A stretch of DNA of 64,000 bases from Podarcis gaigeae (Eukaryota), in the NCBI GenBank assembly GCA_964106915.2, contig OZ066914.1. One strand, given 5' to 3'. The notes beneath the pieces were generated by a model. That model searched no databases. It saw nothing but the letters and a program-made list of their open reading frames with translations, and had not been told where the DNA came from. Below, piece after piece: positions 24,901 to 36,900 of the stretch. The translations under genes were made by a program, and so were the position numbers. The stretch's first letter is position 1; each line of letters opens with the position of its first letter.

Positions 24901-27900
24901 CAAATGCGATACTATAAATCCCACTTTCTCTTCCTCTCTTCTAAAGTCGTTCTCCAGTAGTTGCAGTGCATATACTACATCTGCTCTGAAGTTAGGATAC
25001 TGCTGCAGGTTCCCATCGAAATGCGACACAAGGCTCCCTCCTCTGTTCCCCAGCCCAATCCCCTCTGGTCTGGCGGCCGGTAGCCCTTGTGCAGTCAGCA
25101 CTTCTAACCTGGTTCGCAGATCCTGGCAGGTAGCAGCTGCTTCCTGTTCCTTCTTTCTGGACGCCAAAATCTCTGCGTTCAGCTGCGTCACGGCGTTTTG
25201 CAAACTTGCTACCTTCTCTTCGGTAGTCATCTTTCAGGTATTCGTGAGCTCGCGAAGTACCAATCTTCACCCCTCACTGCTTTCCCGCACGTCACGAGGT
25301 GATAAAATTGGTGGAGTCGGAGAGAGGGGACTTACTGTCAGGTCTGCCTCTAGATCCCAGCTCACAGAGGACCAACGCCCGGTGGATATAATGTACAAAA
25401 GTCTTTATTGAAGTTTAGTTTCCATTTCAAAGCTCTGGGCGCGCAGACCCACGTCTTGACGCTAGACCAGCTAAGTCCCCTCTGACTCACTGCTCCACCC
25501 ACACCAGTTTAAGATTCTAGCCCGGCTCCACCTCCTACGCTGTTCTTTCCTTCGCTGGGTCCTTCTGCCCTCTGGGGTTTCCTCCTTCCTGGACTCCTCT
25601 GACGCTGAGCCTCCTGAGTCTTGCCCCTCCCCCCGGTGGGCTTTAGGACCTGGCTCCCTTCCCGGGCTCCCCGCTGTGCCGCGCTCCTGTACATTTGAAC
25701 TTGGCGCGCGCGCCCAGCCGGTAACTTTCCTTCTGACCGTTTCCCCGCTTCCTGATGTGGGCGTTGCCAAACCTGACTCCTCTCCTCCCTCTGGTGGTGA
25801 GGACACTGGTCCCGACTCCTGGGACTCCCCCTCCCCACTGCGCTCTGGTGGAGAAGCTGGTCCTGATTTCCAACTGCTGCTCAGGGACTCCCCGCTGGCC
25901 CCTTCCTCCTGGGGCTTCCCCCCTGGAACCCCCCTCACTCTGGCCACCGGCGCTCCCTTCTGTGAGTCCTCCGATTCGCTAGAGAGGCTTGTGGAATAAC
26001 TCTGGCCACTGTCACTGCCTGCGCCCCCCTCGTACTCCTCCTCCTCACTCTCCATTTGCTCCCCCTCCTGTGTCTCTCCTTCTGAACCCCTGACAGTAAG
26101 ACATAAGCAAGCAAGGATAAATGTTCACTGTCGTATAAACTCCCCACAAACAAATCCGAATGAATGTTCAGTAAAGACTGGATGTAATCCAACATATTCA
26201 TTAAACGCTGTGCAAACTAATCTGGATGCTTAGTAAATAGGTCGCCTGGAAGAGCCCAGAGATTCTCTCACACTGATGGCAATGAACTTGGCCAAAGAAG
26301 AGGGTGAGCACTTGCCAGTCAAGGCACAACACAAAGTTGTCTCACAGACAGCTCACAGAGGAATTTGCTCATCTCTCAGCAGCTGCTCACAGATCCTCCT
26401 CCTCTACACTCTCTTTGTTCTTTCCACTTCTCTCTCACATTACTGCTACTTCATTTTTTTATCAATTTCTCCTTCAAAGATCTGTAACTACAAAGTTCAA
26501 ACTAAAAGCCCACAACAGTTGACTAGCTTGGATTTCAAGGATTCCTAATGGATTATTTTAGGAGAAAAATGATTAAAGGAGCAAAAAGCTCTTTGAAGAG
26601 CTGAACTCTTATGTGTCTTGATTTTCCTGGGCATGAAATTTTGCTCCCATTTTTATTTTCACAGAGGAGCCAATTTTCTGTTACCTAGTAGGGAGAGGAA
26701 GGATGGAAAGAGGTAGACAGTTAGTGTTGTCAGAGGATACATGAAAAGCAGAAGTAATGAGATGTGCCTTTCCATCAGTTTATTTCCTGTCTTGAATATG
26801 CCAGTAAACATATTAATTTATTACCTGTCAGATCCTCTGCACAGATAGCTCACTGTGAAGTTGGAGGTTAGGAGATGTCAGAGACTATAAAAGCCCTACC
26901 TGTCAGTGCTCTTGGCCTTTTCTTCATTGTCAACACCAGGGACTGAAAAACAAACTTGCTCTCCTTCCTGAAACATAGGCAAAAAACAAGAAATAAGAGC
27001 TGCTTTATAAATAAAGGATTGCTTCCACTTCATAGCAATTACTTAAGGTCTTGTTGACATGGCTGAAACCAGTGTGGGGCTGATTCAGAGGGATTACATT
27101 GAAAATGTGAGTTTTACCACCTCCTTAAAAAAAGAAAGTACTCCTGAATTAACAGCGACCTGTGCTTATGCAGTTATTTCAAAGGTTGTCTCCCCACCCG
27201 CAAGGTTCTTTGGATGGTATTTTACTCCCCACTTCCTGGTGAGTTTTTACAAATAGAACAATTCTGGAAGGAAGTCTTGAAAGATATATCTCAGATTACA
27301 GGTCATACCCTGGTCTTAGCCTTACTTATTCTATATACTTCAGATATGGACCAGTTAAGAAGTAAGGAATTGATAAAACGTTTATTAACAGCAGCTAGAA
27401 TGGTCACAACCAGAACCTGAAAAACATTGCAAACAGTCACAATGGGAAAGTTGTTGCAAAAACTGAAGGTGGCAAGGAGACAGAAAAAACAAGATAATTT
27501 TTACATTGTATGGTATGATTTTATTAAATATATAAATGAAACAACACATAGACAAGGAATACCGTAGAAATGGTGTAGATATTATGTATTATGAAATAAG
27601 ATGTATGTATTTACCTCCCTAGTGACCCATTTGTTAGTCTTGTCATGTTTTATTATTTATGTTTGCACAAAGAAATTATGATAATTGTTTTGTGAATGCT
27701 TTGTTACTGATTTTGTAACAGAAAATCAATTTTAAAAAAGGGAAAACTAGTGAGAGTGCACCTCACAAACTGGTTATGGGTCCCTCATGATTTAAAGGAA
27801 TAATTTTGAATTGGCTGATGGGCTGCCCCTGCTATAGACAATATATTATGACCATTGGCCATGTGGCTGGGGCTGATGGGAAATTAAAGGCACCATTGGG

Positions 27901-30900
27901 GCTACCTAGATATAAAAGCAGGGGTTTCAGTCAGGAATCTTTCCGACCTCTATGTAGAGGTATTGCAGATAGAAGTTGTGATATTTGCTCTACCACTGAG
28001 CTACAAGTAGCCCTTCCTCACATGGAGCCTTCATATGGAAGAGGAAGAAACAAAGCTACTAGGGGCCATTTTGTGTGAGCTAGGCATGTCAAATCAGCTG
28101 GAGAGATCAATCTCATTTTTAATATTGATTAAAACAGGGGGAGCTCTGGCTTATTTACAATTCTGACAGAGAGGCATATAATTTAATTCTGCTAATTATC
28201 AAATATAAGAAAATAGATCATTCTCAAAGTATCTCACAGGTTAATCAGATCACTGATATCTACATAATTGCCTCATACCCATCTTGTGTTGTTTTTCTGA
28301 GCGAATCCCACGTTAGCACACCCTTCCCCTAACCTTTAATGTTTTTAAAGAATGTAATAGTTAAGCAAGAATAGTTGGTGGTTGCAAGTTGCTGTTGGAT
28401 ACCTAAAAATACCTCCTAGAAGGAGTGCCCTGTGCATGTAAATCAAAAGCTCTTTTGTCTAGTTGCAATTCCATGACAATAAGCTTGTCACAATAGAACA
28501 GGAGGCTGCCAAGAGACAAATAATTAGAGCCCTCTCTCAGGAATTTAAAAATATGATTAAAGTGAACCCTACATGCACCATTTCATTTAAAAATTCCAAA
28601 TGTTATAAATTACCCAATTTCTAACTCCTGTCAGTTTATTTTTGAGTTTTACATGCTGAGCAAATTAATCAGTCAGATTGCCAAAGCTAATTCAGTTATG
28701 ACAGCATGCGCGGGCATATTTGGTAAATTTATTCACATCTTGGCTGCCTCTTTCAAAAATGGGTTGAATCCCACAGCAGAAGATAAACAGATCTTTCCTC
28801 CGACGGTAGGAGGTAGGCATGAATGCTACCCACACAAAATGATTTGCCTGTTTTATTCCATTTCTAGACTCACATGATACAAAGCTATTCCATCCACTGA
28901 ATAAAAAGGTTCAGTGCAAAACACTTCTAGTATTTTGGCATGTCAAGTAAGGAGCATATCCTTCAATTGTCTGCATTAAATTTAGCTATTGGCCAAACAT
29001 CTTCCAATACTAAGGGGCTAAGTGACATGTAGTTACATATTGTTGCTAAATTCTCCATGTGTGCCTCTCTGCCAGGCAGAGTGAGAAAGTCTTGGGTTTC
29101 TAATTTAGGAACTATTGCTTCTTGTTATGTACTACCAGTAACTATAGAGATACATAGAGCCTTGTCCATTTCGCCACTAAGACCAGATGCTGAAATTAGA
29201 AACAACACTTTGCTTTTTATTTCATTTTTTGTCCTTTATGTGTGTTAAATAATAAAACTAAATGTCACACTAAATGCCTTGGACTGTTACACCAGGGCTC
29301 CATTTATGTTCTCATAACGCTCTGTACTAATAAGTAAAACTTCTGAGTTCAGTGGGGCTTCCTCACAAGAAAGTACATACAGAAATGGAACATTAATGCC
29401 TAAAATCTAAGGAAGTTGTCCTGCGCCAAAGAATAATCCACTTCTCTCTAGGAGGGGAAGAAAAAGCAAATCCACAATTCCAGTTTATCACAGTTTATCA
29501 CAATTTAATAAATTTTGGCCCAAGCTCAAGGTTCTCTTTGTTACTTGTGTGCATATGGCACATTACTTTGTCTTTAAAAAAAAAAAGTGAAATTGATCTA
29601 TAATTAAGTATATTAATTTGCTGTTTTGTGGAGCATCCCAAGAGGCAGGTGCAGTGGTGATACACCAAGGTTTTTTGGGTTTTTTTACAAAGCATTTTGA
29701 AAGGAAAAGTTGAAGATGAATGACTGTTAGCTTGATACTTAACAGGCTGTTATTTCCACTAGTCCAATATACTACCACCCGAAATTCATATTTGAAACAT
29801 GCTTATTCTTGCACATTTGCTTAGTTCATTTATATAAAAAAGAAAAACTAGTCCTGAGCTGTAATCCTGAGCTCTTTGTAGCACTGTTTCATTCTGTACA
29901 AGTTTACATGGGGCCATTTCCATCTTGTGACATATGGAACACAGTACTGGTGTTTTCCCCTCTGATCTCAATGGAAGTAAATTCCAAGTTGTTTACTGTT
30001 GGTTTTTGTTCTAAGGTGCTTTCAAAGCTCTTCTCTTCCCTTAGCATACATGTGTTTGGTAAGTTAAAAATAGTTTACTTACAAACTCTTCAAAGGTCAG
30101 ATTTATGTGTTTTTCCATACAGCAATAAGAAAACACGGGCAGCAAAACTTAGGTTCCATAGTGGTGAATGTTTCTAAATTATTTGTATAGAAACACAACT
30201 ACAGCTTGCATAAGCCATGTAGTCAGAGCTTGGAGCAACTGGTTCAGATCTCTTTGCTTGCCAGAGTTCACATGGTGGTATGAAAGAGCAAGGAGTTTTA
30301 TAATCTTTCCTTGCAAGGTGAGGGAGAGTGACCCAGCTAAGCCTGGCAGGACATTTTACTCTATGGTCTTAACCCCTTCATGCATTAATTATAGGAGCCT
30401 GCTTATCCCACACTTACCGCAAATCTCTGTGGAGTTCCATCTTCATTTCTTAATACTGTTATGTGCTCATTGCTTTCATTGATACACAAGAAATAGTTCT
30501 TTATTTTCACCTGACACTAAGAAGAGAAGGGAAGAAGAAATGCTGACGCAAAGTTTAACTTCATTTGGGGCTGCTTATTCAGAAATACAATGGGGGGGGG
30601 GAGTTTTAGACTACCAGGAAGACACAAAAGACATCCTGCATCTCAATTACTTATTTGTTTTCCTTCAGAAATGTCGTAGTGTGAATCCAGTGGATTTCCA
30701 CTTGTACAACAGGATATCACCATCTTCTCTGCACCACATACACCCCCAAAATCTGCTTAGGAGGGTCTCCCAAAGGTGCACGGGGGATGAAGGGAAGGAG
30801 GAGAGGAAGATGGCATCCCATTCCACTCAGATGCATACAGTGATGATTCCATAGCTAGGACTGACTGTTCAAGGAGAGGTCTGGAAACTGGAGAAGCTAG

Positions 30901-33900
30901 AGGCTGAAGTGCGTAAGCTTCAGCTCTGTTGACCAGGCAACAGTGAAATCAGAAGGCCAGGCTCTGGCAGTTAGCTATACCAGGGTTCTGCGATGTAAGC
31001 ACACACAAGGTCAAACAAGACGTGACTTTAAACACAGGATTAGAAAACACACTTATACAGGCTTTGTGTCTCTGCTAGCAAAAGAAAACCCTGCTGTTGA
31101 GGGCTCCCTCATTTTCGTCAAGGCTGTGATAGGGGTTAATCTGTTTCCTTGCATCACTTCCACTCCACCCCAGCTGCTATTTGCCAGAGGACAGAGGGGA
31201 AAGGGATAAACTCCCCTCATCCTGAGCCACAGTTTAAATTCAGGCTGGGGCTGTGCGGGGTCAGGACCTTGCAGTTGCTTTTTCTAGATAAAGAGCCAGT
31301 CCAAGTTCTTTTTTTGAACATATATTTAAGGTTGTGTCTTGCCCCCAGTAGCTCACTGGATCAGTTATCTCAAGCCATGAGGGCTTCCAGAACAAAGCCC
31401 AGAGTCATTGACAGAGCCATTCAGATTTCATAATGTATCAAAGTGGTACATACAGCTTTGTTTTGCCTTCTTGATTTTTCTTCCTCTTGGGATTGCCAGA
31501 GGTCTGCCATGGCACTATATTTCTTCATCCACATCTCACACTGTTTTTCCTTCTCTTCTATGTCCCGTTCTAGCAAGCGCTTCCCCCTTTCCGACTCGTA
31601 ATGAAGCAAGGTTGCTTTCTCTAAAGCTTCTTCAGCAGCTTCTGTTCTACATCTTTGAGAGATTTCACTGGAATAGGTGGAGGGGAAAATGTTTATTTAG
31701 GGGTATAGGCTTTCCCATCCTAAAGGCTTCAACTAGATAATGAAATGAAATGAATGAAATGAAATTGTGATAGCAGAATAATACTTCTTTGAATTCAATT
31801 AAATTTGTTTCTCAACTTAACTCTAAACTCCAGACTATTGTAAACAGGCAGATCAAATGACATTTCCAAAAGGTTTTCAGGCTTGGAGAATGTATGAATG
31901 TCACTGCTGAATGAACCTCATGGTGTTGTTAAGAAGCTGCTCTCAGCAGATTTTAAGAGATCCTAAAGGTAAAGGTAAAGGGACCCCTGGGTAAAGGGTC
32001 CAGTCGTGGCTGACTCTGGGGTTGCGGCTCTCATCTCGCTTTACTGGCCGAGGGAGCTGGCGTACAGCTTCCGGGTCATGTGGCCAGCATGACTAAGCCA
32101 CTTCTGGCGAACTAGAGCAGCGCACAGAAACGCTGTTTACCTTCCCGCTGGAGCGGTACCTATTTATATACTTACACTTTGATGTGCTTTCAAACTGCTA
32201 GCTTGGCAGGAGCAGGGACTGAGTAACGGGAGCTCACCCCGTCGCGGGGATTCGAACTGCCAACCTTCTGATCGGCAAGTTCTAGGCTCTGTGGCTTAAC
32301 CCACAGTGCCACCCGCATCCCTTTAAGAGATCATAGTGAGGCTTATATTTGGAGTGTTTAAACCAGGAGTGGGGAACTTGTGGCCTGTAGCAATTGGCAG
32401 AGTGTGGGAGGTTGGAGTGGTGTTGGTTACTTGGGTTCTCAATGCATAGATCACTGTTGGTAACTGACAGGGACTCTGACAAGGCCAGGATGGTGTGGGT
32501 GTAGCAGCTGAACCCAAACAAACATTGCACTGTGCAGACCTCCTCACTGCCTCCCTCTCCCTCTCTTGGTTACTGGAAGCAACCTCTGCATTGGGAAGTC
32601 AGGTAAGCAATACTGTCCCAATTCTCTACACCCCCACTGGCTGCTACTGCTTATGGCCCCTTCAGATGTTTTTGGACTACAACTCCCAATATCCCTGACC
32701 ATTGGCCATGATGGCTTGGGCTGATGGGAGTTGGACTTCAACAAGCACACACCCAGAGGGCTACAGGTGTGCCACCCTTGGTTTAAAGCTATATACTTTA
32801 CTATATTTATTCCAATTTTAAGACAACTAAGGATGATGGGGATGAATATTTCACAAAATGAGAGGTAGCATATGACACAGACCCTACAAAATGGGGTTTG
32901 GTATATAATTAAATGAATAAGCAAAATAAAAAATCATACACCATTGTTAAGATTGGGAACATCTCTGTGCAATAGACAAATATATCAGGAAAGGAGCAAC
33001 TGTTTTCTGGGATGGGAAAGTTGTGTCTAAATTAAAACCTTACCTTTCTTTACACTTCAAATTCTCTTCTAGTGTTCCTTTCAGTTTCTGCTTTAGTTCA
33101 TTCCTTTCATGCTCTAAATATCGTTTTTCCTCACAGATGACTTCCCTCTCCATTGTTATTCTCTCTAGTTTCATCTGACTTTCAAAGTGGCTCTTTTCCA
33201 CTTGTGCTAACAGCTGCTGCATTTCGGTTAACTGAAAGAAACAAATCAGAAAAACATGTTTTCCCCTCTCTAAGGCAGAAAGTTGCCGTGACAGCCAACC
33301 CGTAGAGGTTTTAACACCTATAAAAACAAAGGCAAAGAAAGAGTTTGAAGGAAGAAAAATAGCATGGAAGCCACTGCCTGAGGCGAATGATTCACATTGC
33401 TCCATGGGAAGTTTGGCCCTGTGCAGTATGAGATTTATTCTACTACATCGCTGTAGGCCAGTCTTTCTCAGCCTTGGGTCCCCAGATGTTGTTGGACTAC
33501 AACTCTCACCATTCCTAGCTAGCAGGACCAGTGATCAGGAATGATGCAAGCTGTAGCATAACATCATCTGGGGACCCAAGGCTGAGAAAGGATGACATAG
33601 GCAAAGGAGATATTTTGATAGGCTTGCTCTTATACATTGTACCATGACAGATATGGAATCCCGACAACTGGTAGTTAACTCCTCAGGGTACAAACTCATA
33701 CCTTTCTCTTCAGCTGCTGAGTTTCTTCTTTTAAGCTGATGTTCTCCAGCTGAACTGCTTCTTGCTGCTCCCGACACAGCTTTTCCTGGGCTTCAGCCTC
33801 CGCTTGGCCTTTCTCAGCTTCTGCCTGCGCCAGAGAGGCCTCCTCCACAAGCTTGGAGTATTTTGTCGCTGTCTGCTGAGAGGCATTCAGCTTCTGCTTC

Positions 33901-36900
33901 AGCTGAAGAGCAAAAGAACATGTGAATACAGTATTAGAAATTATTCCACAGTCATTGATAAAACTCATTCACCTTTGAGAATGGCCCCTCTAATATATCA
34001 TGGGTGGGGGAGAGAGGGAATTGTTGCTACGTGCTATCTGATGTCAGCAACACTTTACAGAGTGCAAGAAAATAGGTCAATGCCCTGAGGAGATTACAAT
34101 CTAAAATTTATCACAGGGGGGAAACAAAGAAGCCATTTCAGTTTTCATTTGCATGTGCTTAGATCAAATTTCACATTCAGGAGGATATGGGATCTAGGGA
34201 GTGTGCCAAAAGCTTTCCAGAAAAGTTTGGATCTGCCGAACTATTCACACCATATATTGAAAGAACTCTTATACCACTTTGACAGTCATAGCTTTCCCCA
34301 AAGAATTTTGGGAACTGTTGTTTGTTAAGGGTGCTGGGAGCAGGAGCTCTGTGAAGGGTCTCCTCACAACTCTCACAAGGGGCTTATGATTTAAAGCCTC
34401 CTGCAGTTTTTCAACATATATAGATATGTATTTTTAAAATATGTCAACTTTTTATTCCTTTCATTTTTGCTTAAAAGTTTTTAGTATTGTCACAATGCAG
34501 AAACATCCACAGAAATTAAACCTGTTTTGTTTTTGTTTTTTTACAGCCCCTCATTCTTTTAGTGCCTGATCATAGCAAACCTGCTATGAGTTGTTAGCAA
34601 CAAATTCTCTGCCAGTAGGTTTTCTCGCCTGATTTATTTTCACTTTGTTTCTCCTTACACTGAGAAAAGCGTAATGTTCTACAAAGGGCAGAAACTTTGG
34701 CAGACCTTGAATATAGCTTTCCTGCCAAAATATTGAATCTGACCCAGCCAGACATAAACTACCCATACAATATTCATCAGTAACGTTCACACTGGCAACC
34801 TCTCTGTAATCAAAGAAGAGGAATCAGGGTTTCCTTTTCAAAAAACATAAGCAGTTCATAATGCTTCTTCACAATATTCTTCTTTCTCTCTGATGAAAAA
34901 GATTACTTTAAAGTTAACATAGATCAATATTTTAAGTCAAATGGAAAACTGCATTTTTGTGATTTGTGTGGTGGCAAGCCCTTTTTACTCAATAAGTTGA
35001 GCAATTAACCTCCATAATACCAGTCACGTCCCACTGGTTTCAAATCTTCTTTTCTGTATTCGTATCTTAATTCATAAAAAAGAGGGGGGGGGGGAGAACT
35101 GAGACTGCAAGCCTATGGATGGGCCTTTGGCCTGATTCAGCAGGCTCTTCTTATAAATGCTTACCTGGAAGTAATCTCATTAAGCTTAATGGGATGCACT
35201 TCTGAGTGGGCATGTGTAGGATGGCTCCGCTAAAAGACTTGGATTAAATGCTTTATCCTGGATATTGGGATTCTGATGTCTGTATCTCAGAGTCAAGCTC
35301 ATTTTGAGAGGATTAAGGACAAAAGCTGATGCTCAATGACTCAAGTTCACCATACACACATACTTGCACAACTAGTGGCCTAGTTGGTGGATAGAAATTT
35401 ACACGCGGGGGGCACTGTGGGTTAAACCACTGAGCCTAGGACTTGCCGATCAGAAGGTCGGTGGTTCGAATCCCCGCGATGGGGTGAGCTCCCGTTGCTC
35501 GGTCCCTGCTCCTGCCAACCTAGCAGTTCAAAAGCAGGTCAAAGTGCAAGTAGATAAATACCAGTAGGTACCGCTCTGGCGGGAAGGTAAATGGTGTTTC
35601 CGTGTGCTGCTCTGATTTGCCAGAAGCGGCTTAGTCATGCTGGCCACATGACCCGGAAGCTGTACGCCAGCTCCCTCGGCCAATAAAGCGAGATGAGCGC
35701 TGCAACCCCAGACTGGACCTAGTGGTCAGGGGTCCCTTTACCTTATACCTGCAAGTTGTGAGGGAAACCACAACCCACACCCACACTCTGCTGTACCTCC
35801 TGGGATGTGCACCTGAGTATGAACATGCAATCTCCGTGCACATTTCTTGACCTAGAAGAATTACCAAGCACAGATCTCTATTTTTGGATTGGGCGGTTTT
35901 GCTTTTAGGTATATACCTTAAAAATGTAATTTTTGTGTGTGCAAAGCAGCCCATGGAGCCAGCTGTGAAAAAGTAGTTAGTTTACAGCGCAATCCTAACC
36001 ATGTCTACTTAGAAGTTACTCCTATTTAATTCAACAGAGCTTAAACCCCACAGGGAAGGAGTTAGGATGCAGCCATAGTTGCCACTGCATTGCAGAGGTG
36101 GAGTTCAGACCTTGCTTTTAGGTCCAATTGTTTCTTTTAGTGAGACTTATAGTGAAGCAGATCAAAACGTCACAAGTTGTACCTGATGTTTAATTATGAA
36201 CAACAACAGCACAATACTTTCTAATGGTTAAAAAATGTTTTTTAATAGCTACGTCATTTCCTCTAATTTCACAGCAGGGGAAGTTTTCAGACAAACTCTA
36301 TATTCTTTAAAGGGGACTACATTATGTTTAGTCAGGTAATGTTGGTAAAAAAAAAAAGCAGAAAAGAGCTCAGTCTGATAGTTTCATACCTCTTTAACTA
36401 GTGTTTGCAGTCCATGGTTTATATTTCTGAGATTTCTCATGCCCAGCTCGCTTTCCGATTTCATAAAAATTCTTTCCAAATGCAGCTCATTTGACAAGCA
36501 TTTGTTCTGTTTCTTCAGGTCCTCGCATTCCTGATGACATGCAGATAGTTTTTGTCTTAATATCATTCTGGATAATTTCAGCTCATAAGATTTATTGCAG
36601 CCATTTCTCTAAATTGAACAATTTTGAAACTGTTCCTATGTGAATCTGTTAGCTTAAGGTATTTCTGCCATGGCTGTGTGGGTGGGTGGGGGAGTTCAAC
36701 ACACTTCTCCAAGCACACAAATAATCTTTCAAGCGAAATAAAAGTATGCTGAGCAATAATCTATATTTAAAACATGTAGTGTTACAGCAGAAAGAGGTTA
36801 AAGGAATCGTACTGGCCATGAGCATCTTAGACTGAGCACGGAACCAACAATTGGCAAACAAAAAGGACATGCCGTGTGCTTCTTAGAGGGGCTGCAATCT

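Larger units (their letters stand above)
19515..26095 (-). mobile_element. Full-length Ty3/Gypsy (chromovirus, Tf1/sushi-like) LTR retrotransposon, 6581 bp
   Basis: Two near-identical LTRs with TGTCAGG...CCTGACA ends; 5-bp TSD GTAAG (19510-19514, 26096-26100); PPT next to the 3' LTR; domain order gag-PR-RT-RH-IN-chromo. Confidence 0.97.

Noticed and set aside
21509-25411. Several 90-190 aa + strand ORFs antisense to gag/pol
   Set aside because: Shadow ORFs expected opposite a GC-rich coding strand; no recognisable motifs.
26096-26100. TSD GTAAG equals the first 5 nt of the PBS on the opposite strand, extending the inverted repeat around the 5' LTR
   Set aside because: A single 5-bp match with no known mechanism; treated as coincidence.
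30083-30173. Possible extra exon of the unnamed gene (good GTAAGT donor)
   Set aside because: In-frame TGA in the required phase; the model is complete without it.
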